In this document: positions 35,227 to 44,610 of the stretch, in pieces
Position numbering within the stretch: position 1 is the first letter of the stretch
Layout: every line of letters begins with the position of its first letter
Source: Ruminococcus sp.
GTDB lineage: Bacteria; Bacillota; Clostridia; Oscillospirales; Ruminococcaceae
Length of the DNA: 64,000 nucleotides
NCBI GenBank assembly: GCA_017542125.1
Contig: JAFXXU010000033.1
Span: 6,360-70,359, forward strand
Direction of reading: 5' to 3'
Position numbers and translations under genes: made by a program
The notes under the pieces: generated by a model
The model's input: only the letters and a program-made list of their open reading frames with translations
Told to the model about the DNA's origin: nothing
The model's database searches: none

Positions 35227-35989
35227 GTATATAGACATCGGGCTCAACCTGTTCTGCTCGCAGTTTCGTGAGCCGGAGAGGATAATGAGAGAGGCTCACG
35301 AGGCGGGAGTGCAGTTTATCATAACCGGCGCGGATATGAAAAGCAGCGAGGCGGCGGCAAGGTTCGTCCGCACAAGGAACTGCTACGCTACGGCGGGTAT
35401 CCACCCTCACGACGCCGACAGGGCCCGTCCCGAGGACTTCAAAAGGCTCCGGGAGCTTTACTCTCAGGAGAGAGTGGTGGCAGTAGGCGAGTGCGGCCTT
35501 GACTACAACAGGATGTTCTCGACCGTAGAAAACCAGCTTGACTGTCTTAAAAGGCAGATAGAGCTGGCGGAGGAAACGGGCTTGCCCATGTTCCTCCACG
35601 AGCGGGACGCTTTTGAGGAGCTGGTGAAGTCCTTCGAGGGGCATGAGGAGCTCTGCAAAAGATCGGTGGTACACTGCTTTACAGGCACCGCCGGAGAAGT
35701 GAAGAAGTACCTTGATATGGGTTTTCATATCGGCATAACCGGCTGGATCTGTGATGACAGGAGAGCCGAAGCGCTGCGGGAGGCGGTAAAGCATATCCCC
35801 GCAGACAGGCTGATGATCGAGACCGACGCCCCCTATCTTACCCCCAGAAACGTGAAGGGTCTGGGGAGGGTGAACCTCCCGCAGAACATAGTCTACGTTG
35901 CGGCGGAGCTGGCAAGGTACAAGGGCATACCCGAAGAGGAGCTCAAAGCCCGGCTTCTGGAGAATACTAAGAGGTTTTTTAAACTGTAA
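35216..35989 (+). CDS. TatD family hydrolase (second copy)
   Basis: GIHPH, GECGLDY, FLHERDA, HCFTG and ETDAPYL motifs. Confidence 0.8.
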   Translation: MKPEYIDIGLNLFCSQFREPERIMREAHEAGVQFIITGADMKSSEAAARFVRTRNCYATAGIHPHDADRARPEDFKRLRELYSQERVVAVGECGLDYNRMFSTVENQLDCLKRQIELAEETGLPMFLHERDAFEELVKSFEGHEELCKRSVVHCFTGTAGEVKKYLDMGFHIGITGWICDDRRAEALREAVKHIPADRLMIETDAPYLTPRNVKGLGRVNLPQNIVYVAAELARYKGIPEEELKARLLENTKRFFKL

Positions 35990-36009
35990 CAAACAGGAAG
36001 TGGTATCAG

Positions 36010-36957
36010 ATGGAACTTGAACAGATCGGCAAATACCTTGAAGAGCATGACTGCTATACGATACTGACCCACAAGAGCCCCGACGGAGATACGCTGGGAG
36101 CGGGCTTTGCCCTATGCGAATATCTCAGGAGGATGGGCAAGAAGGCCAACGTCCTTAACGGCGAAGGCTTCCCCGACAGGTACAGCTTCATGTACATGGG
36201 CTGTGAGCCCCAGGAGTTTGAGGAGCAGTGCGTCATCGCGGTGGATATAGCCGACACCAACCTGCTGGGCAGCGGTCTTGCCAGGTATGCGGGGGAGGGT
36301 ATGATCGACCTCTGTATCGACCACCATATCTCAAACAAATACTATGCAAAAGAGAGCTACGTTGACGGCAGAGCTTCGGCTGCCTGCCTGATACTCTACG
36401 AGCTCTTCAAGCTGATGGGCAGGCCGATAAACAGCCATATCGCAATGTGCCTCTATACGGGCATCGCCACCGATACCGGCTGCTTCAAGTATGAGAACAC
36501 CATCCCCGAGGCGCATATCGCGGCTTCGGAGCTGATAAAATACGATTTCGGCTTCTCTGTGGTAAACAGGAAGATGTTCGATATCAAGAGCAAGGGCAGG
36601 ATCCAGGCGGAGAACTTCGCCACCGATAATATGGAGTTCTTCTGCGGCGACAAGTGCGCAGTCATCGTGCTGACCACCGAGATGATGGACAGCTGCGGCA
36701 TCGAGCCTGCGGAGTTCGAGGGAATGGCTTCCATACCCCTTTCCGTTGAGGGCGTCGAGATAGGCATCACCATCAGGCAGCGCCACGAGCAGGTCTACAA
36801 GCTCTCGGTCAGGACCACCGAGACCCTTGATGCTTCCGCATTCTGCCGGCAGTTCGGCGGCGGCGGACATATCCGCGCTGCGGGCTGCGAGATACGCGGA
36901 ACTCTTGATGAGGTGCGCGAGAAGGTAATGGAGGCAGTCGGGAGGCTCGGACTGTGA
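36010..36957 (+). CDS. nrnA: DHH/DHHA1 family phosphoesterase (NrnA-like oligoribonuclease / pAp phosphatase)
   Basis: HKSPDGDTLG, DHH (IDHH) and GGGGH motifs. Confidence 0.8.
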   Translation: MELEQIGKYLEEHDCYTILTHKSPDGDTLGAGFALCEYLRRMGKKANVLNGEGFPDRYSFMYMGCEPQEFEEQCVIAVDIADTNLLGSGLARYAGEGMIDLCIDHHISNKYYAKESYVDGRASAACLILYELFKLMGRPINSHIAMCLYTGIATDTGCFKYENTIPEAHIAASELIKYDFGFSVVNRKMFDIKSKGRIQAENFATDNMEFFCGDKCAVIVLTTEMMDSCGIEPAEFEGMASIPLSVEGVEIGITIRQRHEQVYKLSVRTTETLDASAFCRQFGGGGHIRAAGCEIRGTLDEVREKVMEAVGRLGL

Positions 36958-37853
36958 GCGAGCAGACAGAGCTCTGCGGCGTGCTGCCGGTATTTAAGCC
37001 GGAGGGCTGGACCTCCTTTGACGTGATAGCCAAGCTGCGGGGGATACTGCATATCAGGCGCCTCGGCCACGCGGGGACCCTTGACCCTATGGCAACGGGG
37101 GTGCTGCCCGTATTCGTAGGCAAGGCCACCAAGGCCTGCGACATACTCCCCGACAGCGACAAGGCTTACGAGGCGGGGTTCCGGCTGGGGCTCTCCACCG
37201 ATACCCAGGACATCACCGGAAAGGTGATCACCGAGTGCGGGGATAAGGTCTCGGAGGCGCTGGTGCTTACGGCGCTGGAAGGCTTCCGGGGTGAGATAAT
37301 GCAGCTGCCGCCCATGTATTCCGCTGTGAAGGTCGGGGGGCAGAGGCTCTACGACCTGGCCCGTCAGGGCAAAGAGGTGGAGCGTGAGCCAAGAAGGATA
37401 ACCGTCTACAAGGCGGAGCTTACAGAGTATAACGAAAGCACCCGGGAGGGCAGGCTGTATATCAGCTGCTCAAAGGGGACGTATATCAGGACCATAATCC
37501 ACGACCTCGGCGCGGCGCTGAGCTGCGGCGGGGCTATGACCTCTCTGTGCAGAGTGTCGGCTGCGGGTTTTGACCTTGAGGACTGCTTCACTATGGAGCA
37601 GCTGGGGGAGATACCTCTTGAGACCGCACTGCGGCCTCTGCTGACAGTCTTTGAGGGGTACACAAGGGTGAGGCTCGATGAGCACTGCACCGCGATGTAT
37701 AAAAACGGCGTCAAGCTGGGCTGCGAGCAGGTAGGTATAAGCAGGAGCTATGATAAAGATTTCTGCGTCATCGGCTGCGGCGGAGGGCTGCTGGGGCTGG
37801 CAAGGGTCGTCCCGGCGGAGGGCGTTGTCAGAGCGGTGAAGAATTTTTACTGA
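36954..37853 (+). CDS. truB: tRNA pseudouridine(55) synthase
   Basis: GHAGTLDPMATGVLP catalytic Asp motif and PPMYSAVKV. Confidence 0.9.
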   Translation: MSEQTELCGVLPVFKPEGWTSFDVIAKLRGILHIRRLGHAGTLDPMATGVLPVFVGKATKACDILPDSDKAYEAGFRLGLSTDTQDITGKVITECGDKVSEALVLTALEGFRGEIMQLPPMYSAVKVGGQRLYDLARQGKEVEREPRRITVYKAELTEYNESTREGRLYISCSKGTYIRTIIHDLGAALSCGGAMTSLCRVSAAGFDLEDCFTMEQLGEIPLETALRPLLTVFEGYTRVRLDEHCTAMYKNGVKLGCEQVGISRSYDKDFCVIGCGGGLLGLARVVPAEGVVRAVKNFY

Positions 37854-37869
37854 GCATTAAAGCGGTGAT

Positions 37870-38787
37870 ATGATGAAGGATATCACAACCGAATATAACC
37901 CCCTGCCCGAAAGGACAGCGGTGGCTCTGGGCGTGTTCGACGGAGTGCATCTGGGGCACAGGCTGGTCATCGACAGAGCGGTCTCCTTAAGCGGGGAGGG
38001 CTTAGGCTCGGCGGTGTTCACCTTCCGCTCGGATACGGTGGTCAACAAGGGCAGCGAAAGGCTGCTGACCGATGCCGAAAAGCTGCGGAGGATATCCCAG
38101 AGGCGTGTGGACTACGTCTGCTCCCCCTCCTTTGACGAGATGCGGGATATGACCGCCGAGGATTTCGTCAGGCGGGTGCTGGCAGGCAGGCTCAACTGCC
38201 GCTATGCCGTCTGCGGGAAGGATTTCCGCTTCGGCAAGGGCACTCAGGGCAATGCGGAGCTGCTGGCCCGTCTGGGTGAGGAATACGGCTTTGAGGCTAT
38301 CGTGCTGGACAAGCTGGCTCTCCGGGGCGAGACCGTCAGCTCGACGGTGATAAAGGAGCATATCCGTCAGGGAGAGCTGCTTCGGGCAAACGAGCTGCTG
38401 GGCTACCGCTTCGGCTACCGCGAGCCGGTCATCCACGGCAGCGAGCTGGGCAGGAAGTGGGGCTTCCCCACCGTGAACCAACTGCTCCCCAGAGGCGTTA
38501 CCGTGCCCAGGTTCGGGGTCTACTGCTCATCCGTCAAGGCGGAGGGCAGGACCTATACGGGTGTTACCAACATAGGCGTCAAGCCGACGGTGGGGAACGC
38601 GAGCGTCCCACTGGCGGAGACATATATAATCGGCTTCAACGGCGACCTCTACGGCAAGACCGTCCGGGTGGGGCTGGAGAGGTTTATCAGACCCGAGCAG
38701 AAATTCTCCTCGGAGGAGGAGCTGCGCCGGCAGATCGCCAGGGATACCGAGGAGGCTGCAAGGTCTGATCTGGCAATTAACGGCTGA
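37870..38787 (+). CDS. ribF: bifunctional riboflavin kinase / FMN adenylyltransferase
   Basis: GVFDGVHLGH N-terminal motif. C-terminal kinase GFPT(V/A)N and E....F.GDLYG motifs. Confidence 0.9.
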   Translation: MMKDITTEYNPLPERTAVALGVFDGVHLGHRLVIDRAVSLSGEGLGSAVFTFRSDTVVNKGSERLLTDAEKLRRISQRRVDYVCSPSFDEMRDMTAEDFVRRVLAGRLNCRYAVCGKDFRFGKGTQGNAELLARLGEEYGFEAIVLDKLALRGETVSSTVIKEHIRQGELLRANELLGYRFGYREPVIHGSELGRKWGFPTVNQLLPRGVTVPRFGVYCSSVKAEGRTYTGVTNIGVKPTVGNASVPLAETYIIGFNGDLYGKTVRVGLERFIRPEQKFSSEEELRRQIARDTEEAARSDLAING

Positions 38788-38884
38788 TTTTTTCAAGGCT
38801 GTCACCTGCTTTTCACAATTGGGTGATAGGCTTTACAATGGGAATATTTTCGCGGGCTCTGTCCGCAAGGGAGGAATAAGGACA

Positions 38885-39841
38885 ATGATCGAGGTGCAGA
38901 ACCTTTCAAAGCACTACGGTGACAAAAAGGCTGTAAACAACATCTCATTCAGAGCCGAGGACGGAGAGATACTTGGCTTCCTGGGGCCCAACGGCGCCGG
39001 AAAGTCGACCACTATGAATATCCTGACCGGGTATATCTCATCCACCTCAGGCAAGGCGCTCATCGACGGCATAGACATCCTGGAGGACCCGATAAAGGCC
39101 AAATCCAAGATCGGCTACCTGCCCGAGCTGCCGCCGCTCTATCTGGATATGACGGTCAAGGAGTATCTCTGCTTCATATACGACCTGAAAAAGTGCAAGC
39201 TGCCCCGGAACACTCATCTTAAGGATATTTGCAGCTTGGTAAAGATCGAGCACGTTTACAACCGTCTGATAAAGAACCTTTCAAAGGGCTACCGGCAGAG
39301 AGTCGGGCTGGCGCAGGCGCTGGTGGGCAACCCCAACGTGCTGATACTCGATGAGCCTACGGTAGGTCTCGACCCCAAGCAGATCATCGAGATCAGAACT
39401 CTGATCAAGAAGCTGGGGCGCAACCATACGGTCATCCTTTCCTCGCATATACTCTCCGAGGTGCAGGCGGTCTGCGATAAGATCGTGGTCATCAACGAGG
39501 GCAGGATCGTGGCTGACGATACCGAGGACAACCTTTCAAAGAAGCTCTCCTCCGACCACCGCCTGACGGTGAGGATCGAGGGGGATCAGGACAAGGTAGT
39601 CAAGCTGATCGAGGGCATCAAGGATGTGGAGACAGTTGATATCGGCGCCAAGCACGATGCTGCGGTGTGGGAATACCGCATCGAAGCCAAGGAGGGCTCC
39701 GACATCAGGCGCGAGCTCTTTACCCGCTGCGCCGACAGGGGCTTTATAATTCTTGAAATGAAATCGAGCGAGCTCTCGCTCGAGGATATCTTCCTGCGCC
39801 TTACTATGGGCGACGGTATCGGGGACGGAGGTGAGGACTGA
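38885..39841 (+). CDS. ABC-2-type transporter ATP-binding protein (GldA-like)
   Basis: GPNGAGKST, LSKGYRQRVGLA and LILDEPTVGLD motifs. Confidence 0.85.
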   Translation: MIEVQNLSKHYGDKKAVNNISFRAEDGEILGFLGPNGAGKSTTMNILTGYISSTSGKALIDGIDILEDPIKAKSKIGYLPELPPLYLDMTVKEYLCFIYDLKKCKLPRNTHLKDICSLVKIEHVYNRLIKNLSKGYRQRVGLAQALVGNPNVLILDEPTVGLDPKQIIEIRTLIKKLGRNHTVILSSHILSEVQAVCDKIVVINEGRIVADDTEDNLSKKLSSDHRLTVRIEGDQDKVVKLIEGIKDVETVDIGAKHDAAVWEYRIEAKEGSDIRRELFTRCADRGFIILEMKSSELSLEDIFLRLTMGDGIGDGGED

Positions 39842-40719
39842 TGGGAGCAGTATTCAGAAGAGAGACCCTATCCTATTTCACCTCGCCTATCGGGTATATA
39901 TTCTTAGCGGCATTCTACGCCTTCTCGGCCTTCAGCTTTGCCTCCAACGCCCTGCAGTACAGCACCACCAAAATGGACGGGCTGTTCCAGCAGCTTATGA
40001 TAATCCTGATAGTCCTTATCCCCATACTCACCATGAGAACTCTTTCCGAGGATAAGAAGAACAAGACCGATCAGTGCCTGCTGACGGCTCCCGTAAGCCT
40101 GGGCGGCATAGTTGCGGGCAAGTTCCTGGCGGCATTCCTCATTTACATCCTGGGCGTTGCCATCACGCTGGTATATGCCATCGTGGTATCCGCCTTCGCT
40201 GCTCCCGACTGGAGCGTTATCTTCGGCAACATCGTAGGACTTGTGCTGGTGGGCGGCGCATTCATTGCCGTGGGCATATTCTTCTCGTCCCTGACCGAAA
40301 ATCAGGTGGTATCGGCGGTCATCAGCTTTATCGCCCTGATCGCTCTCTATATGCTGACTACTATCGGCGAGGTCATCCCCTCGGATTTCATCGAGGATCT
40401 TATGCCCGACCTGGGCCCTGTGTGGAGGACGGTCATCACCGAAGCCCTTGTCATAGGCCTGACGCTGGGTATATTCTTCCTCTTCGGCAAAAAGGCGGGA
40501 GTGCTGATCTTCGGCTTTATCGCTATGCTGGTGTTCGGAGTGTTCGCCGCCAAGGGCGAGCTCATGCCGATGATCTTTGAGAAGCTCTCCTTCTGGGAGA
40601 GATATGTAGGCTTCACCTACGGACTTTTCGATATGTCGAACGCGCTGTTCTTCATCAGCGCGATGGTGGTATTCCTGTTCCTGACGGTCAGGGTGCTTGA
40701 AAAACGCCGCTGGGCTTAA
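39841..40719 (+). CDS. ABC-2 family permease (GldF-like)
   Basis: Polytopic membrane protein. N-terminal FRRE...YF.SPIGYI motif. Translationally coupled to the ATPase. Confidence 0.7.
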   Translation: MGAVFRRETLSYFTSPIGYIFLAAFYAFSAFSFASNALQYSTTKMDGLFQQLMIILIVLIPILTMRTLSEDKKNKTDQCLLTAPVSLGGIVAGKFLAAFLIYILGVAITLVYAIVVSAFAAPDWSVIFGNIVGLVLVGGAFIAVGIFFSSLTENQVVSAVISFIALIALYMLTTIGEVIPSDFIEDLMPDLGPVWRTVITEALVIGLTLGIFFLFGKKAGVLIFGFIAMLVFGVFAAKGELMPMIFEKLSFWERYVGFTYGLFDMSNALFFISAMVVFLFLTVRVLEKRRWA

Positions 40720-40734
40720 GGGAGGAGGATCACT

Positions 40735-42498
40735 GTGTCGGATAAGAAGAACAAGACCGGGGAAAACACCCCCGAGGAGGAGAAGGTAAGCTCCTCCGCT
40801 CCCGAGACGGAGGCTGAGGCTGAAAAGCCTGCCGAAAAGGTCTCGGCTCCCATAGGCGATCTCCTTAAGGATGCCGTCAAGGCCCAGAAGGAAGGCACCC
40901 TCAAAAAGAGCAAGGCTCCCGAGGACGAGGAAGAGGACGAGGATGAGCCCGTAAAGAAAAAGGAAAAGGCAAAGACCAACGCCAAGGTGCTCAAGCACGG
41001 TATGGAGTCCACCATACTCACTATCGTGTTCATTGCGGCGGTGGTGCTGGTAAACGTCATAGCTACGGTGCTCTTTGACCGCTACCCGCTGACCTTTGAC
41101 CTCACCAAGGAGAAGAAATACTCCATCTCCGAGCAGTCGGAGGAATATATCAAGAATATCGACACCGATGTTCTCGTAACCATCTTCGCTACCGAGGATC
41201 AGTTCAGAGCCCTCTCGGACTATACTGTCCAGTCGCTGGAGGTGCTCAAGACCTATAAGAAATACAACAGCAGGATCGACTTCCGCTTTGTTGAGATCGA
41301 CTCCAACCCCGATATCGTGGCTGATTACGGCACCGAGAATGTCTCCCAGTACGGGATAATGTTCGAGACCAATCCCACCGATACGGTCAAGAGGACGAGA
41401 AGAGTAAGACTCACCGATCTGGTCAAGTTCAGCGACGAGCTGCTGGACTATATAAACCAGATCCATATGACTATGGATAACTACATCACGATGTACGGTG
41501 AGGTCAGGGTTATGCAGAGCTTTGCCCCCTACATCGACGGCTCCCGCGCTGACGAGGCGTTCATGTCGGCGCTGATGGCAGTTACCGACCCCACCCCCAC
41601 CACCGCGGTGTTCCTCACCGGGCGTCAGGAGGCTAACGAGCTCTACTATCTCAGCACGCTGCTGGAAGCCAACGGCTATTTCGTAAAGACCATCGACATC
41701 ACCACCGAGGAGATCCCCTCGGATGCATCGCTGATCATCGCTGCGGCTCCCAAGGTGGATTACCTCCCCGAGGAGATCGAGAAGATTGATAAGTTCCTGG
41801 ACAACAACGGCGCTATGGGCAAGCAGATGCTCTACTGCGCTTCCGTGACCCAGGGCGATACCCCCAACTTCGACGAGTTCCTGGCGGAGTACGGCATCGA
41901 GATCGGCAAGGGCGTGGTATGCGAGCAGAACGGCGACCATTACTACACCTTCCCCTACTATACGCTGACCGATCAGGTATCCTCACAGTTCAGGCAGGAT
42001 GTTTCCACCGAGGCTCCCGTGCTGCTCAACTGTATGTCCCGCCCCATCAAGCTGCTCTTTGACGAGAGAGGCTTCAACGGCACCGAGGCTTATGTTACCT
42101 CATCGGATAACGCCTATATCCTCGACAGCAAGACCGGCGAGACCATAGGCAAGGGCAAGCAGATCTATACCGCAGTTGCCTCAAAGGCTGTGTTCTCCAG
42201 CGAGGACGGTCACGGCACTTACAGCAATATCGTGGTCTACGGCGCGGTGGAGACTCTGGACGACCGCTACCTCAGCTACCCGCAGTTCAATAACCGCGAG
42301 TATGTCCTGAGCCTGCTCAACGGCGTTACCGGCAAGACCAGGAGCGGCATCGTTATCGAGCCCAAGGTCATTGCGGGCAATGTATTCGACATCACCTCCA
42401 GACAGAGGTCTATCCTCCAGTGGACGTTCATCCTTATCATTCCTGCCATAGTTCTTATCGTCGGCGGAGTGATCTGGCTGAGAAGAAAGAACAGATAA
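40735..42498 (+). CDS. GldG-like ABC transport auxiliary protein
   Basis: 587 aa. Acidic N-terminal region, TM segments near both ends, and gene context after GldA/GldF-like genes. Confidence 0.55.
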   Translation: MSDKKNKTGENTPEEEKVSSSAPETEAEAEKPAEKVSAPIGDLLKDAVKAQKEGTLKKSKAPEDEEEDEDEPVKKKEKAKTNAKVLKHGMESTILTIVFIAAVVLVNVIATVLFDRYPLTFDLTKEKKYSISEQSEEYIKNIDTDVLVTIFATEDQFRALSDYTVQSLEVLKTYKKYNSRIDFRFVEIDSNPDIVADYGTENVSQYGIMFETNPTDTVKRTRRVRLTDLVKFSDELLDYINQIHMTMDNYITMYGEVRVMQSFAPYIDGSRADEAFMSALMAVTDPTPTTAVFLTGRQEANELYYLSTLLEANGYFVKTIDITTEEIPSDASLIIAAAPKVDYLPEEIEKIDKFLDNNGAMGKQMLYCASVTQGDTPNFDEFLAEYGIEIGKGVVCEQNGDHYYTFPYYTLTDQVSSQFRQDVSTEAPVLLNCMSRPIKLLFDERGFNGTEAYVTSSDNAYILDSKTGETIGKGKQIYTAVASKAVFSSEDGHGTYSNIVVYGAVETLDDRYLSYPQFNNREYVLSLLNGVTGKTRSGIVIEPKVIAGNVFDITSRQRSILQWTFILIIPAIVLIVGGVIWLRRKNR

Positions 42499-42508
42499 GG
42501 GTGGAGCG

Positions 42509-43975
42509 ATGAACAAGAAATTACAGGGTATAATAATAGGAGGAGTAGTGGTGGCTGCCCTGGGCGGCACCCTCGCCGTCCTGGAGCTCACAGGCAAGGA
42601 CCCCGGCACCAAGACCGACGACAGCTCCTCGCAGGTGGTGGCAAGCGTCCCCGATGAGGCCGAGAACCTCTCCCTCATCAATGTGGATGCCAAGGCCATA
42701 ACCTCCGTGAGCGTCCAAAACGAGTCGGGCGGATACTTCCTGGAGCGTCCCAGCTCCGGCAAGAGCGAGTTCAACATTAAGGAGCTCACCGGTATAAATC
42801 AGAATTCCTCCAAGATCGCAGGCATCGTTGAGGACCTGGCCTCACTTGAGGCTTACAAGACCGTTGAGGAGAATGCTCAGGATCTTTCAAAGTTCGGCCT
42901 CGACGAGCCGGCTGCAAGCTTCACCGTTACCTTCTCGGACGGCACCGAGCGCAGCTTCGAGATCGGAGACATTTCCACCAAGAAGCGCTACCGCTATTTC
43001 CGTGAGAGCGGGAAGAACACCGTCTATATGGTGCTGGAGACCTGCCTCTCGGATATGATCGGACGCAAGGAGGAGTTGGTGCAGCTCTCGCTGTTCGGAT
43101 CACAGACCGACGAAAGCTACGGCAGGCTGGAGGTCGAGCGGAAGGATCTGGGCTACACCCTCGCCTTTGAGGATATCTCGGAGGAGCAGCAGGTCATTTC
43201 TTCCCAGGTAATGGTGGAGCCCATATTCTCACACCTGAACATCACCACCTCGGGAGATGTGACTCACGGGCTGTTCAACCTCTCGGCGGGACGCTGCGAG
43301 GCGGTGTTCCCCACCGATGAGCAGAAGGAGGAGTACGGCATCACCGACCCCACCGCCAGAGTACACTACAAGAACTCCAACGAGGAATTCACCCTCATCA
43401 TCGGCAAGCCCATATACAGGCAGAACGATGAGGGCGTCGATATCGACGAGATCGGCTCCTACTACTGTATGACCGAAGGAATGGCGGGCGAGGACTGCAT
43501 CTGGGAGATACCTGCGGATTCGCTGCCCTGGGCGACCTTCCTGCCGGGAGATATCGTTTCGATGATGACCTCCAACAAGATATTCGATGTGTGTGAGGTA
43601 AAGGTCACCGCTAACGGCGAGCTCCACGACTACACTCTCAGCGCCGATGAGGAGGAGAGCGAGGTCTACTGGGTCAAGAAGAACGGCACCGACGTCAGCG
43701 TCGATCTGTTCAAGGGGCTTTATAAGTACCTGCTCTCGTTCCCGACCAAGGAGATCTACTTCGACGGCGTGGAGGGCGAGCCCTTCCTGACCATCGAGGT
43801 CATCCGCACCGATGAGGGCGGCGACAAGATCGAGTTCTACAAGGACAGCTCAAGGCGCGTCATCGCGGCGGTCAACGGCAGACCGTCCTACAGGCTCCAG
43901 TCCCGCTGGACCGACACCTTCATCGAGAATATCGCCCGTCTCGACAGAGGCGAGGAAATCAGAGAAACGCCGTAA
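42509..43975 (+). CDS. DUF4340-like membrane-anchored protein
   Basis: N-terminal TM. Position after the GldG-like gene is the usual context for DUF4340 as I recall it. Confidence 0.45.
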   Translation: MNKKLQGIIIGGVVVAALGGTLAVLELTGKDPGTKTDDSSSQVVASVPDEAENLSLINVDAKAITSVSVQNESGGYFLERPSSGKSEFNIKELTGINQNSSKIAGIVEDLASLEAYKTVEENAQDLSKFGLDEPAASFTVTFSDGTERSFEIGDISTKKRYRYFRESGKNTVYMVLETCLSDMIGRKEELVQLSLFGSQTDESYGRLEVERKDLGYTLAFEDISEEQQVISSQVMVEPIFSHLNITTSGDVTHGLFNLSAGRCEAVFPTDEQKEEYGITDPTARVHYKNSNEEFTLIIGKPIYRQNDEGVDIDEIGSYYCMTEGMAGEDCIWEIPADSLPWATFLPGDIVSMMTSNKIFDVCEVKVTANGELHDYTLSADEEESEVYWVKKNGTDVSVDLFKGLYKYLLSFPTKEIYFDGVEGEPFLTIEVIRTDEGGDKIEFYKDSSRRVIAAVNGRPSYRLQSRWTDTFIENIARLDRGEEIRETP

Positions 43976-44102
43976 GAATTGCGACAGCTTTCGCGGGAGG
44001 GACTTGTTAGTATATTCATTGGGTTCCCCCGCAGACCCGCCGGCTAGCCGGCACAAGATATGATTCTCCGCCCGAGTGCGGATCGAAAAGGAGATGCTTG
44101 AA

Positions 44103-44381
44103 ATGGCAGATAAGAAGTCACCGTTCTTCACTTACAAGGGTATGCCCCTGGTAAGGAAGGGAAATGTAATCTATTTCGGGAATATGTATGATGAGTTCGT
44201 GGTAATGATCGAGATACTCGGCACCGAGAAAAAGGGCGAGATCGACGTTGCCAACAAGGTGCGCCTCAGAAAGATGGCCACCGACATCAACATCCCCCCC
44301 ACAGAGGCCATCGTCAAGATGACCGAGCGCGGCAGCCTCTACGAGGCGCTGGACATCGCCTGCGCATGGCTGAAAGTCTGA
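44103..44381 (+). CDS. hypothetical small protein (92 aa)
   Basis: ATG 44103 lies 9 nt after AAAAGGAG. Followed by a terminator. Confidence 0.4.
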   Translation: MADKKSPFFTYKGMPLVRKGNVIYFGNMYDEFVVMIEILGTEKKGEIDVANKVRLRKMATDINIPPTEAIVKMTERGSLYEALDIACAWLKV

Positions 44382-44389
44382 AATGACAT

Positions 44390-44425
44390 AAAGCGGAGAG
44401 CGTTATGCTTTCCGCTTTTGTTTTG
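44390..44425 (+). terminator. intrinsic terminator
   Basis: AAAGCGGAGAGC-GTTAT-GCTTTCCGCTTT followed by TGTTTTG. Confidence 0.75.
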
Positions 44426-44471
44426 TGTATAGCCGACAGATATCCTGCGGAAAAAGCACTCCCCCGGGGAC

Positions 44472-44500
44472 TTGAAATCCTCGGGAGAGTGTGGTATAAT
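44472..44500 (+). promoter_or_regulatory. sigma-70-type promoter with extended -10
   Basis: TTGAAA (44472-44477), 17 nt spacer, TGgTATAAT (44492-44500). Confidence 0.7.
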
Positions 44501-44554
44501 ACAATATGTGCGGTCTTCCGTAAAGCTATTGCAGATACATCGCCGCAGGCGATA

Positions 44555-44594
44555 CATTCATTGTGCATTGTGCATTGTGAATTGTGCATTGAAT
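44555..44594 (+). repeat. about 5 tandem units of heptamer GCATTGT in the 5' leader of the CobD/CbiB-like gene
   Basis: CATTCATTGTGCATTGTGCATTGTGAATTGTGCATTGAATG, ending 4 nt before the AAAGGA Shine-Dalgarno. Confidence 0.85.
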
Positions 44595-44610
44595 GAAAGG
44601 ATAAGTCCGA

